The notes under the pieces: generated by a model
What the model was told of the DNA's origin: nothing
Databases searched by the model: none
The model's input: the letters and a program-made list of their open reading frames with translations, nothing else
From: Octopus sinensis
Lineage: Eukaryota
Length of the DNA stretch: 64,000 nucleotides
Assembly (NCBI RefSeq): GCF_006345805.1
Contig: NC_043003.1
Location: 16,430,001 to 16,494,000, forward strand
Direction of reading: 5' to 3'
Shown here: piece by piece, positions 12,218-25,054 of the stretch
Layout of the letters: every line of letters begins with the position of its first letter
How positions within the stretch are numbered: position 1 is the stretch's first letter
Made by a program: the position numbers and the translations under genes

Positions 12218-12447
12218 TGGCTTCAAAACTTGGCACAAGGCTAGCAATTTTAGGCGAAGAAGATCAGTTAAGATTAGTTAATTACATTGAACCCAGTGCT
12301 CAACTGAGGCTTATTTTATCGCGTCGGAAAGGATAAAAGACAAAGTTGATCTCGGTGATATTTGAAATGATAATGTATCAAGCCAGAAGAACGCCGCTAA
12401 GTATTTCGTTCAGCGTGCTCACGATTTTGCCACCTTGCTACCTTAAA
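12218..12447 (-). mobile_element. SINE family B (head AAGGCGGCGAGCTGGCAGAA), diverged copy
   Basis: Colinear with the better-preserved copies at 33807, 42712 and 44204. Confidence 0.8.
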
Positions 12448-12479
12448 TGACTACTACCATAATGACTTTCAAGAGTGTA

Positions 12480-13110
12480 GTGGTTTTAGCGATAACATAT
12501 ACAACTTCCTCTCAAGTAGAAGCTTTCCTCTAGAAAAATTGACCTAGGAACATAACGTGGTATAATCCTTCGCATACTCGAAAACAGAGACATACAGAGT
12601 CAATGTTTTCTTATCCTTACTGGGAAAGCTCCCCCCACTATACCATTATTTCAATAAAAGCTTTAATGAAGGGCCCCATAAAATTGTCTAACATGTAACA
12701 AGTCAACCTGTAATTCACCCAAAATCTTGCATCATATACTTTAGTCAAATAAACTATGAATATAACTAGATACATACATACGCACATATAATACTAATGT
12801 AGACAACAATAAGAATAATACTTTCAACAACAGCTGTATAAACCATAATATTTCTCCCCTCTCTCACTACATTGAGAAAAATAGACTACAAGTCTAACGA
12901 TAGAAAGAAACAAACGAGGCGTATTAGTCTCCCATCCAAGATACATTCATACTCCTACACGGCTAAAAACATGCTACCACTCTCTCCAGGTTCCTATGGT
13001 AGCCGAGGGAAAATTATATTCTATAATATAATATCGCCGTAAAGCTAAACACTTTACTGTGAATGGCAAGATATGCAGCATGGGTACGCAACGAAAAACC
13101 GATAGAAAAA
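12480..13110 (+). mobile_element. Degenerate Penelope-like element (RT thumb region to GIY-YIG end)
   Basis: CSGFSDNIY...PRNITWYNPS...FLSLLGK.P..H.FNKSFN resembles the RNIIWFNPP block also seen at ~18.1 kb; RRKAKHF near 13035 resembles the terminal CRHxxK. Confidence 0.5.
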
Positions 13111-13699
13111 GTAAGAAAGCAATATATATATATATATATATAATATATATCTATATATATATATGTATATGTATAGTATATGTATATATATTGGTTAATG
13201 ACAACCTATAAAGACAGTACTTTGCAAGATAGGGAATAAAAATGCATATCTATACTTTTTCTATGAGAATTATCGGCATTAATGAAATCAATGGAAACTA
13301 AACTATGTTATTGTGTCGTCTTTGAGGGAGCTTATATTTTGCTTCAAGTTGCTCGCAGCTCCAAAATGCGCTTATACAACAAATAGAAACGAATATATAG
13401 AACACAAGCTATTATTTGCTTGGATTTCAATTTCTTTAGATAGAATATAATCAATGTACTATACTTTAAAATATGAAAGTAATATACTTGGTTTACGAAA
13501 ATACTAGCCACTTTTGCAAAATTAAACAGAGAAATATGAATGATTCTGCTTTGATAAATTTATCAAAAGCCCTTTGAATTAAATTTTTGACAGAAACTAA
13601 GAAATAATTTTGTACTATGTTAAATATTACCTGGTATACATACACAAAGGCATGAGTATTTTCAAGGAGACATCAATATAGGCTCACTAGACATACATA

Positions 13700-14091
13700 C
13701 GTAAATTTATACATACATATATATATACATACATAGACACACATGCATGCATGCATGCATACATACATACATACATACATACATACATACATACATACAT
13801 ACATACATACATACATCATACATACACATACATACATACGTACGTACATACATACATACATACATACATATGTACATCCTTCCCTCCCTCCATTAATCCA
13901 TCCAGTAATCCAGCAATCCATGTATGCATCCATACATATATATACACATTCCTGAACAAAGGTAGGAGAAGGTTTAGAAAGGTAGAGAGAGAGAGAGAGA
14001 GGCGGGGTGAAAGAGAGAGGGAGAAAGCGAAAGAAGACAAGATTGAAAATGTGTGTATAAAAAATGTATGTATATACATATGTGTATGTGA

Positions 14092-14130
<39 letters not shown>

Positions 14131-14137
14131 TACCTAC

Positions 14138-14173
<36 letters not shown>

Positions 14174-14220
14174 ATGTGTGTGTGTATGTGTGTGTGTGTG
14201 TGTGTGTGGTGTGTGTGTGT
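13700..14220. repeat. (TACA)n, (GA)n, (TA)n, (TG)n cluster
   Basis: Visible arrays; explain the 89-204 aa low-complexity ORFs at 13673-14290. Confidence 0.95.
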
Positions 14221-15081
14221 TTATGTCTGTGAATATTGGACATATGGGTGCCTGATTACAAAACAAATATTTAAAATCCATCCTCATTAATTAAGAATTT
14301 AAAAACTCTGATTAATTTCAAACAAACACCCCCTCACAGACACTTTTATCCGAAATGATATTCTCTAAAATTAGAGACGTATGATTCATCCTGTTTTCTA
14401 TAAGTTTTCATACATACATAAGTACGTACGTATATCGGTACACACACACACGCGCGAGCAGACACACGCACACACACACACGTATTTATTGTTAAACGTG
14501 TATACGTGTGTACGCATGCATATGTGTGTGTGTGTGCGACATCACAGTTTTTGATTCCCAGTCAAGTGTTTCCAAGTTTGGCTCCAGTTCGTAGCACCAA
14601 GGGCAAGAAACTTCTATTATAACCACGCGTTTGCTAATTTCTTCCTTTTTACTTCAGTAAGAAGAGCCGTACAGATGACACTCTGTGTCCTCTTCGATAG
14701 GAGACAGATGAGAGCAATAGAGGGAGGCATGTATACATTTTCCCAAGCAATTCAAAGCCTGTCATCCAGGAATCGGTTCACATAGTCTCCTGAGGCCACA
14801 CAACACCCCACACACATATATATATATATACGCACACACATATATATGCATAAATACGTATATGAATACATATATATATATATGTGTGCGTGCGTGTGTA
14901 TACGTAAGTCGTCTAAAAGTCCATAAATCAAGAAAAAGATGCACTCGTATATCTGTCAATAGAGTGATTTTATTATTTGAAATAATTCTGTACACTCAGG
15001 ATAATATATATATATACATATACATAAATACACACACACACACACACACATAAATATATATAATATATAATATATATATAT

Positions 15082-15121
<40 letters not shown>

Positions 15122-15129
15122 CTTCCCGT

Positions 15130-15164
<35 letters not shown>

Positions 15165-15176
15165 TATTATATATGT

Positions 15177-15746
15177 TAAGGGCATTACTATACATAAATA
15201 TCTCACGCTAGGAGGGACTCTTAAAGTCAAAATTACCATAATAAACACATAGTACCGAATGCGAGGGAATGCAACTCTCGAAGCGAGCCTTTTAAAACAG
15301 ATTAAGCTGCAGATGATATGATCTCATAATTAGTGCAGGAAATGCACTTTTTAATCGTCAGTGCATGCATAATCAATACACATAAACATGAACAAAAATC
15401 AACATACCAGACGAACACCAAATGTATCCACCATAGTACACAGAATTGTTCACCCTTATATATCCATGTAAGAGGCGGGCTTTTCAAATTACATCTCGGC
15501 ACACGGGTTTATTCAGAATAAAATTCAGCACTGAATATATTCCGCTTAAATTTAAAATTTAGAAATAGGTTTAAATCTTTATAAGAAATTATCAAGTAGT
15601 TGGCGTGAAAAACCTCATAAGGGAAAAGTTTATTAATTTCGCCCTTTAAATATATTTATTTATATTAAGGGCATTACTATACATAGAGGTTTTTCACGTT
15701 AACTACTTGATAATTTCTTATAAAGATTTTAACCTATTTTTAAATT
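15177..15746. repeat. (TA)n-flanked repeat with internal 20-bp direct repeat and 61-bp inverted repeat
   Basis: TAAGGGCATTACTATACATA at 15177 and 15666; arms 15556-15616 and 15686-15746 are inverted; the same arm recurs at ~21240-21310. Confidence 0.7.
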
Positions 15747-15807
15747 GTATATATATATATATATATACATATATATATACTTTATATATGTATATATATA
15801 TATATCC

Positions 15808-16591
15808 ATGGGTGTATGAATTATCCTATGTTTACCGTTAACATGGAAAATTCAATGAACCGTTACCAGGGTAGCAAATTCACGTCAGAAACTCGGTTGA
15901 AGCGACTTATCCAAAGGTAGAAGCTCCGGGTTAATGTGCAGTAATTTGTGTGTTACAGATGAATAAATAAATAAATGGAGTTGAACGAAGATGTTAATAA
16001 AATTCCTTTACTTTCGACATATGTTTCAAAGACAGCATGGTTTTATTCCAAAGGAATAAACGGTGTAAGATGCAATCTTCTCATCAGGAAAGAAAGAGAG
16101 CCTCTCTCAACAACAAGACATTATAACATTAACGATGGCTGCCTACATGATAAACAGAACGTTATTAAGTATTAAAAACAGCCGTTAGTAGATTCGACGT
16201 TAAAGGCAGATAGAAGGAGGGGAAGGGTTAAAGATATACTAATTAGGAAACAAATAGAGAGGGAGGGATACGTTGATTAAAAGAATGTTCAAAGGCTTAG
16301 GAAAAGATTCCTCTATTGAAGTGAAGTGCAAGTTAAACTGATTGTTCAAAGACTGGCGAAATCACTTATATGAGTAAAATGTATGTTTCTGCCAGTGTTT
16401 ACATTTGTACGATCTCTCTATGAGTGTGTTTACAAGGGGATTCTTCGAGAAGAGAATATGGAAGAGTTCAGAGTTGCAACTGTTGCAAAACCTCTTGCCC
16501 TTATCGAAAGGAAAATATATGGACAAAATGAACCAATCTAACTTGAAATCTATATTGTTGTCTTTAAGACGCCAAACTAATTTACTTATTA

Positions 16592-16595
<4 letters not shown>
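15808..16595 (-). mobile_element. Penelope-like element, 3' part (GIY-YIG C-terminus and 3' region/pseudo-LTR)
   Basis: ORF 16362-16595 SKLVWRLKDNNIDFKLDWFIL...FCNSCNSELFHIL...LVN...E...KCKH matches the PLE GIY-YIG tail (LSxxxWxLK...WxI...CxLCxxEK...LN...CRH); hammerhead downstream; ends at (TA)n. Confidence 0.8.
16011..16092 (-). ncRNA. Type I hammerhead ribozyme with minimal palindromic stem III
   Basis: Minus strand: CTTTC | CTGATGA | GAAGATTGCAT...ATGCTGTCTTT | GAAA | CATATG | TC | GAAAG. Stem I CTTTC/GAAAG, long stem II with inner TTTATTCC/GGAATAAA hairpin, GUC cleavage triplet. Confidence 0.85.
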
Positions 16596-16628
<33 letters not shown>

Positions 16629-16629
16629 T

Positions 16630-17770
16630 TTTTTTCTTCTTCTTTCAAATTTGCTATCATTTCTTGCCGAGTGTCTTCCCGACTCCTAGGGCAAAGAAAC
16701 TCATAGTAATCATTGGTATGGAGGCCATTAAACCAAACTCAGTAGTTCGTTCATTTTTTTTTTTTTAAAGTTAAATTAAAATACATGAGCAACAACAGTT
16801 CTCACATCGACAATGCTCTCTCAATACGTGTGATGTACCAGTTAAGACAATCTTTTGCACTTCTTGCAGGGATGGTAAGCTAGGGATCATTCTCATATAA
16901 TTTTCGGTTCCCTTCTTGATCATTCCTAGTGCTCCTACGATCACTGGTATTGTAACCGCCTTGAGATGCCACATTTTCTCAATTTCAATGAGTAGGTCTT
17001 TATATTTTCTGAGCTTGTCAAACTCTTTCGCTGAGATATTATGATCACAAGGGATGCTCATGTCGATCAATAAGCAAACTTTATTGTTTTGGTCTTTCAC
17101 AATAATATCTGGTTTATTGGCCTTGATGGTTCGGTCTGTATGTACTGGAAAGTCCACAGAATGGTTACATTTTCTCCTTCAGTTACAGCCTCAGGGTGGT
17201 GATTATACCACTTGTCGGCAGTTTTGATATTGTAATGCCGACTTATTAGCCAGTGGAGATATTGGCCAACTCTGTCATGTCTTAATTTATACTCCACTGG
17301 TGCTAAGACTTTACATCCAGAGATTAGGTGGTCCACTGTTTCAATCATGTCGTTGCAGAATCGGCATTTTGGGTCTGCTCCATTTTTCATCACATTGGCC
17401 TGGGGGTCACATATTTGCCGTGCAGAGGTTTCCCCTCCCACCTATCAGCCAATTGCTCGTGCGCTTTTTTCATTGCCATCATTTTCACCTTCTTTGCAAC
17501 AATAGTTGCGGTACTTCCCTCGGGTTGTTCAGTTTGGGTATCCTGCACGAGATCAATAGCAAATATTTTGCTTTCCTTTATGATAGAATGAAGCTTCTTT
17601 CGTCTCTCGTGATTTTCCACGAGCTTTAGCATCCAGTCATTCGATATTTCGAGATATTTGGCCAGTCCAATTGTGTTGTGTTTGTAAGCTAGTTCAAATT
17701 GGATCAGGCCTCGACCTCCTGGGCGCTGGGAAGGTAAAGGCGATCTACGTCTGCCTTTGGGTGGTACATC
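16630..17770 (-). mobile_element. 5'-truncated R4/Dong-clade retrotransposon (post-RT region, CCHC knuckle, RLE endonuclease, 3' UTR)
   Basis: HPKADVDRLYLP/GGRGLIQ; CRFCNDMIETVDHLISGC; HDRVGQYLHW; ANKPDIIVKD...LIDMSIP...KYKDL; PVIVGALGMIKK...QKIVLTGTSHVLR; frameshifts and an internal deletion; (AAT)n on both sides. Confidence 0.92.
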
Positions 17771-17794
17771 CTATTACAACTTATTATTATTATA

Positions 17795-17861
<67 letters not shown>

Positions 17862-17862
17862 C

Positions 17863-17915
<53 letters not shown>

Positions 17916-17925
17916 GTATTATTGT
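17771..17925. repeat. (ATT)n array
   Basis: Lies in the poly-Asn linker of the PLE and at the 5' junction of the R4/Dong copy. Confidence 0.97.
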
Positions 17926-19205
17926 AATTGTATGAGGGGTTGGAATTAACAAGATTAATGTTGGAACTCCCGGATAAAGAACCTTTATTTAGCATATTGG
18001 TATTGTGAGAATATATAATTTGTGAGAGATTCTTAGTGTTGGAGAAAGCGATTCTAACTTTGTGGGGGTTGATAATAGAATAATATCTAGAATTTTTTTG
18101 AAAGTTCCTAGCAACTGCTTCACGGAACTGCAAAGGAAGGTTCGATTTAATTTGTTTTCCAAATGGGATTACGAACCAGACACTGTTCTTAGTTACTTTT
18201 GAATTTTAAGTGGTATTTTTTATAAAGGTAGGGGAAAACTTTCATGGTTGGAAATTTAAGGTTAAATGACGCTTACTTCCCCTGGTCCGTAAAGAATTTA
18301 TATTATGTATTGGGCTGCTTACACTATTAGAATTAAAATCTCTCTTACTATTACAACTAGATATTTTGTCCGGAGCAGCAGCAATAGGACTAGAATGAGC
18401 AGAATCAATGTATGACACTTTCTCTTTATAGCCTGCTTTTATCAAGGCGGCGTTATAGAAGTCTGCTTTTCGTTAAAAATGTCAACATTGGCAGATAATT
18501 TCGACAATCTAAGTGAGATGTTTTTAACTAAAATATTGGTAATTACCCTAGCGTGATTACTGTAAAGACTAATATATTTAAGATTCGTAGAAGGTTTATG
18601 GTATGGGAAGTACGAGTTATTTTGTAAATTGAGAGTAATGTCTAAGAAGTTGGCTTTAGTTAACTCATCGTCAAAAACGATGCGCAAGCCCATTCTACTA
18701 AAAAACCTAACTAATCTATTCTTAACCTTCTGTATTTTTTTATTTGAAATGTTTTGGAGGTAAAGCAGACAATCGTCGCGATAAAGACCTCTGCAGATGC
18801 CCGGGAACTGGTCGGCCATTTCATAAAGAATATATATTCCGACCAAATCGGCTATCTGGGCGCTGTCTCAACTTCCCATTAGTACATCAAACGCATTAGG
18901 AGTATCACTCCGGACCCACAACTTGTTATCAAACTTGATAAAATATTTCCTAGCAGTCAGTATCACATTAATTTCTTCCCTAGAGAGACCTGCTTTATTG
19001 TGTGCGTGCCATAGGGCCTTATTGAATATAATAGGGTTGATTGAAGAATAGAAACTTGATATATCAAATTGAATAAATTTAGTGTTGGCCTTATCAGTAA
19101 TGGAAGTAAACCAATCTACAACTTGAACAGAATTAGACCATAAGCTAAGTTTTAATTTTCTAATTAATGTAGGGATATACTTATCTAATATGTATTGCTA
19201 AGAGT

Positions 19206-19417
<212 letters not shown>

Positions 19418-19559
19418 ATACATATATCATATATACATACATACATACATGCAACATACATATAATGACATATATATAATCATATATGGAAATTAATAGA
19501 AATTTTCACTTCCAGTGGACTAACGTGTAAAAATTTAGTCCAAAGTGTATGTATTACTC

Positions 19560-19699
19560 ATAAAATACAGTGTATATTTAAACACATAAGGAATCTACTC
19601 GTGGGATTCAACTCGCTAGAAAGAACCTAACTGTTCTTTCTAGCGTGTTGAATCCCACGAGTGGATTCCTTATGTGTTTGAATGTACACTGTATTTTAT
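19560..19699. repeat. 140-bp near-perfect hairpin (67-bp arms, 6-nt loop)
   Basis: ATAAAATACAGTG...GAAAGAAC / CTAACT / GTTCTTTC...CACTGTATTTTAT; 4 mismatches. Confidence 0.92.
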
Positions 19700-19742
19700 A
19701 CACACACACACATATATATGTATATATATATATATAAAAATA

Positions 19743-19913
19743 GGCGCAAGAGTGGCTGTGTGATAAGTAGCTTGCTTACCAACCGCATGGTTCCGGGTTC
19801 AGTCCTGCTGCGTGGCATCTTGGGCAAGTGTCTTCTACTATAGCCTCGGGCCGACCAAAGCCTTGTGAATGGATTTGGTAGACGGAAATTGAAAGAAGCC
19901 CGTTGTATATATG

Positions 19914-19954
<41 letters not shown>

Positions 19955-20168
19955 ATGTTTGTGTGTCTGTGTTTGTCCCCCTAGCATTGCTTGACAACCG
20001 ATGCTGGTGTGTTTATGTCCCCGTTACTTAGCGGTTCGGTAAAAGAGACCGATAAAATAAGTACTGGGCTTACAAATAATAAGTCCCAGGGTCGATTTGC
20101 TAGACTAAAGGCGGTGCTCCAGCATGGCCGCAGTAAAAATGACTAAAACAAGTAAAAGAGTAAAAAGG
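19743..20168 (+). mobile_element. SINE family A, full length
   Basis: Head GGCGCAAGAGTGGCTGTG, internal microsatellite, GTAAAAGAG tail. Confidence 0.93.
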
Positions 20169-20239
<71 letters not shown>

Positions 20240-21008
20240 TTTATACATACATACATACATACATAAGGCCACTCCTTGAGTACTAATCTAAAGATGAACT
20301 ATAACGACGAGGACGACCACAACAACGGAAGAATATTCTTTCTATACAACATTAAATATTACATTAAGTATTGACTCTGTTGAGCGTAGTGCTGGAAGCA
20401 ATTTCCTGTCAAAGCTTAAACAGTATTTCTCTTGCATTGTGAGGCTTTGTAACTATTTTATATAACGTAAAACTTCCGAAATATAAAATTTATGTAATTG
20501 TAAAGAAGAAATATCAACAATTTATTTAGACCGATATAAACTATAATTCTCGAATTAATTATGAGTCATTTTAAATAAGTAATGTTGGTGAATCTTGCTT
20601 TTGAAACAACATCGATATAATGAAGATATTTATTTGTTGTCACTCCTACATTAAACGGAACCAGTTTAGAAAGTTTCAACTAAAGTGCAATCATTCTTTT
20701 TGCTATTCAATTTTATTTGTGTATTGTCTTGACAGTAAAAACAACTTTTTAAAAGTTACAAATAAATCTCATGTGATGTATCAATACATTCTATAAATAT
20801 TCTTATGTAATGTATCAGTATCTTATGACAAGTAATATTTCATTATATTTCCTATATAAAATAAATAGATATTTGACGATATTCTGTTCGAAGTTGGAAC
20901 GAAAAGATCCAATCTTCCCCATCTTAATTTAACGTTATGATTTACATGATATATATGCCATAAAATAATTTCCAATAAAAAATTAAACTATTTGATGGGT
21001 AGACATTT

Positions 21009-21154
21009 GTGGTCAGAAGTTTTACTTCTAAACCTCCTGATTCCGGGTTCAGTCCCTCTACGTTGCACCTAGAGTGAGCGTCTTCTACTGTAACGTCACG
21101 CCGACCAAAGCCTTGTGAGTGGATTTGATAGGCGGAAACTGAAAGAAGCCCGTC
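21009..21154 (+). mobile_element. SINE family A, diverged 5' half
   Basis: GGGTTCAGTCCC...GCCGACCAAAGCCTTGTGAGTGGATTTG...GAAAGAAGCCCGTC. Confidence 0.8.
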
Positions 21155-21182
21155 TCAAATATATATATATAATATATATTAT

Positions 21183-21238
<56 letters not shown>

Positions 21239-21456
21239 TCTTATGAGTTTTTTTTCACGCTAACTATTTGATAAATTCTTATGAAGATTTTATCCTATTT
21301 TAAAATTATATATATATATAAAGTAAAGCTTTGCAGGAAATATTTTTTTCGCCCTAATCAGTCTTTTGGGCCCTAGTGCAGAAGTTCCAGAGTTTTGAGG
21401 AGTGTGGAACCATCTCTTAGAGATTATTGTTACCAGGGTCAGAATAAATCCCTCCC

Positions 21457-21524
21457 AGTGGTTCACATGTTAATTAATCCATACCTGGGATCCCATGTAT
21501 GGTTTAATTAACATGTGAACCACT
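21457..21524. repeat. 68-bp spacerless palindrome
   Basis: 34-bp arms centred on GGA/TCC, 2 mismatches. Confidence 0.92.
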
Positions 21525-21737
21525 AAAACTTCATTTTAGGGGAAGGTAAACTCGTATAACAATATACTTGAAGTGTGGTTAGTTTCTGGTCGCCTCAACT
21601 TCTGTTGTGCCACTGGTTCTATTGCTGAGTTCAGTGCTGTGCAGCATTTTACAAGAATTTCTTGGACCATTGAAATGTTTACACAGTCTTACTGGGTTTA
21701 GGAAGTGGTCTTACTCGGTCATGAGTTGATTTCCAGT

Positions 21738-21825
<88 letters not shown>

Positions 21826-21958
21826 GTATGTATATATATATATAACGATATTCAATCTCGTGTTTCTCCTTTTTCGAGATCACCGACAGTTTGTATTTTG
21901 CGTTTGAAATGAGTTCTTATCCCTTGCTGATGATTATCACACGCTGATGACAGGTCAC

Positions 21959-21996
<38 letters not shown>

Positions 21997-22017
21997 ATAT
22001 ATATATATGTGTGTGTG

Positions 22018-22057
<40 letters not shown>

Positions 22058-22206
22058 TGACGGATCTTTGATGAAATTGCAGCGACTAGGATGCATAATT
22101 GCATACAGAGCAACGTGCAGTTGCTGCAGTAGAAACATATGTTGGTCATTATTACATATGTTGTAGAAAACATTTCAATAAAATCTATATTCTCCAATTG
22201 GTTTTC

Positions 22207-22252
<46 letters not shown>

Positions 22253-22277
22253 AATATATATATATGTATATATATTA

Positions 22278-22498
22278 TGAGGTGGGTGCTGAAAAGTTTC
22301 TGGCTTTAAGGGTACTGTGAAAGGCCTGGTTTGGGGTCCAATCTTCCGAGTTCTTTCACAGGGCTAAGAAAAAATTAAGGACTGCTGCAATATGTGTGTG
22401 AATTTGATAGGGGAATATGTTGAATAAAATCATAATTAACTGATCCTTCTGTATTTTCTTTTGCCACAGCTTGGAACTTTTCAGCCCCCAACACCTCG
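22278..22498 (+). mobile_element. Short mariner-derived non-autonomous element (same family as 1621-1804)
   Basis: TIR-like ends GAGGTGGGTGCTGAAAAGTTT / GAACTTTTCAGCCCCCAACACCTCG; internal transposase 3'-end remnant. Confidence 0.75.
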
Positions 22499-22570
22499 TG
22501 TTTGTGTTTGTGTGTGTGTATAATATAATAATAATATAATATAATATAATATAATATAATATAATATAAT

Positions 22571-22627
<57 letters not shown>

Positions 22628-23282
22628 CAGTAGTAGTTGAATAATATTCTGAAGGCCACAATTTACTCACACGCAGAATCTTTCAGATCTTGTCACTAAT
22701 TCAGTTCTTAACCAAATTGAAAACTGTTAACATTTGTGAAAAGGGCTGATCCCTAGCTAGATTTTGGCATAAAGAGATTTGATCCAGTAGAAAAAAGTTT
22801 ACATCAAAATTTGTAGCAACGTTATAAGAGAATAAGTAACTCCTCCAATCAAATTTAGATCTAAAAAACCTTTTTTTATGGTAAAAGCAAAATTTATTTA
22901 TCTTAGCTTCAGTGATAGAAGAATGCATGAAGAATTTCATAGTTTTGCCCCCATGCAACAAAAATTTGTATTAAAAAAGTTGTGAGGTATAATATCATGA
23001 AAATAGATATGAGGCAAAAATTTAGATTTAAGTATAATTAGCTTTTATATTTTAAAATCAAACTATATTTTAATTAAGCTTAAATGACTGAGCTCAATTC
23101 GAGGAATTTCACGGTATCAGTCTCATGCAATGAAGTTTTAAAAGAAAAAGTTATGAGCGTTTGTTTTTGGAACACGCACTTTCATTATATTGTGCGATAG
23201 TAAAACCGCTCGTATTTTACACGGCCATTTGAGGCCCTAGTGAAATTATGTTGGTGGGAATGATAGCTTCTTGTAACGAATA

Positions 23283-23460
23283 TTGGTTTTAAATTTTGGC
23301 ACAAGGCCAACAATTTCAGGGGCGGAGATAAATCAAATACATCGACCCCAGTACTCAACTGGTACTTATTTTATCGACCTCGAAGAGATAAAAGCCAAAG
23401 ACGGACTAAATGCCGCTAAGCATTTTAACCGGCGTGCTAACGATTCTCTTGGCTCGCCGA
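23283..23460 (-). mobile_element. SINE family B, internally deleted
   Basis: Similarity to other B copies (ACATCGACCCCAG...CTGGTACTTATTTTATCGACC). Confidence 0.75.
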
Positions 23461-23610
23461 CTTATCATGTAACTAATATTGTATCGTTTTGTTTTTTTCT
23501 TCGGTTACCATCATCGTTTGAGCGAGTGCACAACGTGCTATTTTGTTGAAACTTTTGTCAGCCAGTAAAATGCGAGACGCTTTTTCGCCGCACATTGTGT
23601 GTATATATAT

Positions 23611-23968
23611 ATTTGACTGTGGCCTTGCTGGAGCACCGCCCTTAGTCGAGCAAATCGATCCCAGGACTTATTCTTTGGGAGCCTAGTACTTATCGGTCTA
23701 TTTTGCCGAACCACTAAGTTACGGGGACGTAAACACATCACCATCGGTTGTCAAGCGATGTTGGGGTGACAAACACAGACACACAAATACACACACACAC
23801 ATATATATATACATATTTATACGACGTCTACCAAATCCACTCACAAAGCTTTTCTTCGGCTCGAGGCTATAGTAGAAGACACTTGCCCAAGGTGCCACGC
23901 AGTGGGACTGAACCCGGAACCATGTGGTTGGTAAGCAAGCTACTTACCACACAGCCACTCTTGAGCCT
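23611..23968 (-). mobile_element. SINE family A
   Basis: Colinear with other A copies; small internal deletions. Confidence 0.9.
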
Positions 23969-23970
23969 AG

Positions 23971-24025
<55 letters not shown>

Positions 24026-24654
24026 ATGTATGTATGTATGTATGTATGTATGTATATATACTCACCCTATCACATCATGCGTGATGGAAAGTATTTTGCT
24101 TATATTAAAATAATTAATGACCACACAAATGCTGCAAAAAACGACAATTTAATTAACTGTTGCTGCTCTTCTAAACTAGCTATTCTGTGCAAAATTCCCC
24201 TTTGTTTTATATTACATAATTGGGGCAATTAAAACACTTAATGGCTCTGGAATTGCGTAAGAAAACAGCATATAACTCATAACTCAATGCTTTCCTTTTG
24301 CTTTTTCATTAGAATGTATTTCTTAGAACTTGGACATCATCGATTACGAATAATTTGAAAATCATTGATCATATTGTTTTCCTGGAATCCTATATTGCGG
24401 AGACTATTTTTAGTTAACCAACAAGACTGTATCCAAAGTTTTGTGTTTCATCTTCACACATCGTATAATATGTTATTATCATATATCGAATTAGTTGCGC
24501 TATAATTAACAATGTTGTTAATATGCTATAGTTTCACTCATGTCTCTAGTATTGAACAAAGTATTTCATATATAAAATAAAATAAAATAAATATTTTCTT
24601 CTCCAGCCATGCCAGGCTCATGAGGGCCGGTTTTCCGGTTTCAATGAATTTATT

Positions 24655-24960
24655 TATGTGCCCTTTTCAAGCCTAGCCAGGCTCATGGGCCCGGTTTCCC
24701 GGTTTCTATGGCGTATGTGTTCCCCCCAGCTGAACGGGACGCCAGCCCATCGCAACGTTACTCAAGAAGCAGGAAGAAAGAGTGAGAGAACGTTGGGACG
24801 AAAGAGTACAACAGGGGTTGCCAGCACACCCTGCTGGAGCCTCGTGGAACTTTAGATGTTTTCGCTCAATAAACACGCACAACGCCCGGTTTGGGGATCG
24901 AAACCGCGATCCTCCGACCGCGAGTCCGCTACACTAACCACTGGGCCATTGCGCCTCCAC
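24655..24960 (-). mobile_element. tRNA-derived SINE family C (head GTGGAGGCGCAATGGCCCAGTGGTTAG)
   Basis: tRNA-like head with A/B boxes; central GCGATGG(A/G)CT..CGTCCCGT..AGCTGGG block reminiscent of conserved Meta/V-type SINE domains (assignment uncertain); homologous to 37778 and 41405. Confidence 0.85.
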
Positions 24961-25054
24961 TTTCAGTGTCAATGGCGTATATATTTCCCACCTGGACGAG
25001 ACGCCGGATTACTCACTTTTGCCAGCTGAGTGGACTGGACTGGAGCAACGTGAA

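Noticed and set aside
13060-13110. Possible decayed hammerhead after the 12.5-13.1 kb PLE remnant
   Set aside because: Neither CUGANGA nor the stems can be written without several assumed changes
14630-14785. Strong acceptor followed by RAIEGGMYTFSQAIQ, loosely like a flavin amine oxidase motif
   Set aside because: Runs into a stop with no credible donor; similarity too short
15320-15372. CTGACGA...GAGATCATATCATCTGCA on the minus strand, hammerhead-like
   Set aside because: GAAA and stem III need at least four corrections; at best a fossil
18868-18870. In-frame TGA in the PLE RT motif MGS*D; some PLE lineages encode selenocysteine
   Set aside because: The copy has other stops and frameshifts, I see no SECIS, and a TGG>TGA change is simpler
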